Shown here: positions 63,715-64,000 of the stretch, piece by piece
How the letters are laid out: each line of letters begins with the position of its first letter
Position numbering within the stretch: the first letter of the stretch is position 1
Assembly: GCA_036785375.1 (NCBI GenBank)
Contig: JAWMAR010000058.1
Location: 6,324,001-6,388,000, forward strand
DNA length: 64,000 nt
Origin: Leucoraja ocellata
Lineage: Eukaryota
Reading direction: 5' to 3'
The notes under the pieces: generated by a model
What the model saw: only the letters and a program-made list of their open reading frames with translations
The model's database searches: none
What the model was told of the DNA's origin: nothing
Position numbers and translations under genes: made by a program

Positions 63715-63758
63715 TTAGGTCAGACTGAAGAAGGGTTTTGGCCCGAAACGTTGCCTAT
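63715..63758 (+). ncRNA. Putative minimal type I hammerhead ribozyme
   Basis: CTGAAGA (63725-31), A, stem II GGGT-tttg-GCCC, GAAA (63745-48), palindromic AACGTT helix III; predicted cleavage after GUU at 63752; stem I is imperfect (taggt/gccta with a bulge). Confidence 0.6.
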
Positions 63759-63852
63759 TTCCTTCGCTCCATAGATGCTGCCACACCCGCTGAGTTTCTC
63801 CAGCATTTTTGTCTACCTTCGGTTTTCCAACATCTGCAGTTGCTTCTTAAAC
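63721..63852 (+). mobile_element. Penelope-derived short element
   Basis: Nearly identical to the right half of the 51701-51907 element, with the same 3' end cttcttaaaca. Confidence 0.85.
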
Positions 63853-64000
63853 AGCTATGGGACTGAGTTCTGTCCTATTTGTTCCACAAGAGCGCAATTG
63901 TAATATGATCTTTTCATTGGTAAATTAACTGAATTCTTGTTTTGGGGTTTTACAAAATATTCATGTTATTTAACTAGGTTTTCATGAAGAAAAAGTTAAT

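Noticed and set aside
19376-64000. Final MAD1L1 exon (expected MQLLET...IPAFLS motif) or a nested gene
   Set aside because: No such peptide appears in the ORF track or by eye; it probably lies beyond the window.

Overview
This is vertebrate genomic DNA. The repeat content (HE1-like V-SINEs, HER1/CR1 LINEs with (CATAGAAA)n tails, Rex1, Penelope) points to a cartilaginous fish, probably a skate or ray; that is an inference. The window lies inside MAD1L1 on the + strand. I found one coding exon, 191 nt at 19185-19375, encoding the RLK motif and the start of the C-terminal domain; it corresponds to the penultimate coding exon. Everything else is intron, made of degraded transposons and repeat-free AT-rich blocks that look like conserved enhancers. 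The transposons include CR1, Rex1, RTE-like LINEs, an IR/DR-type Tc1, a Harbinger MITE, a Gypsy-type solo LTR and Penelope. Almost all listed ORFs are TE fragments or noise. The most notable signal is a family of about a dozen short Penelope-derived elements carrying minimal hammerhead ribozyme motifs. Several fold back into long hairpins, two have exact 14-16 bp target-site duplications, and a degraded parent Penelope is in the same window. Repeat boundaries are approximate unless a TSD or TIR is quoted.
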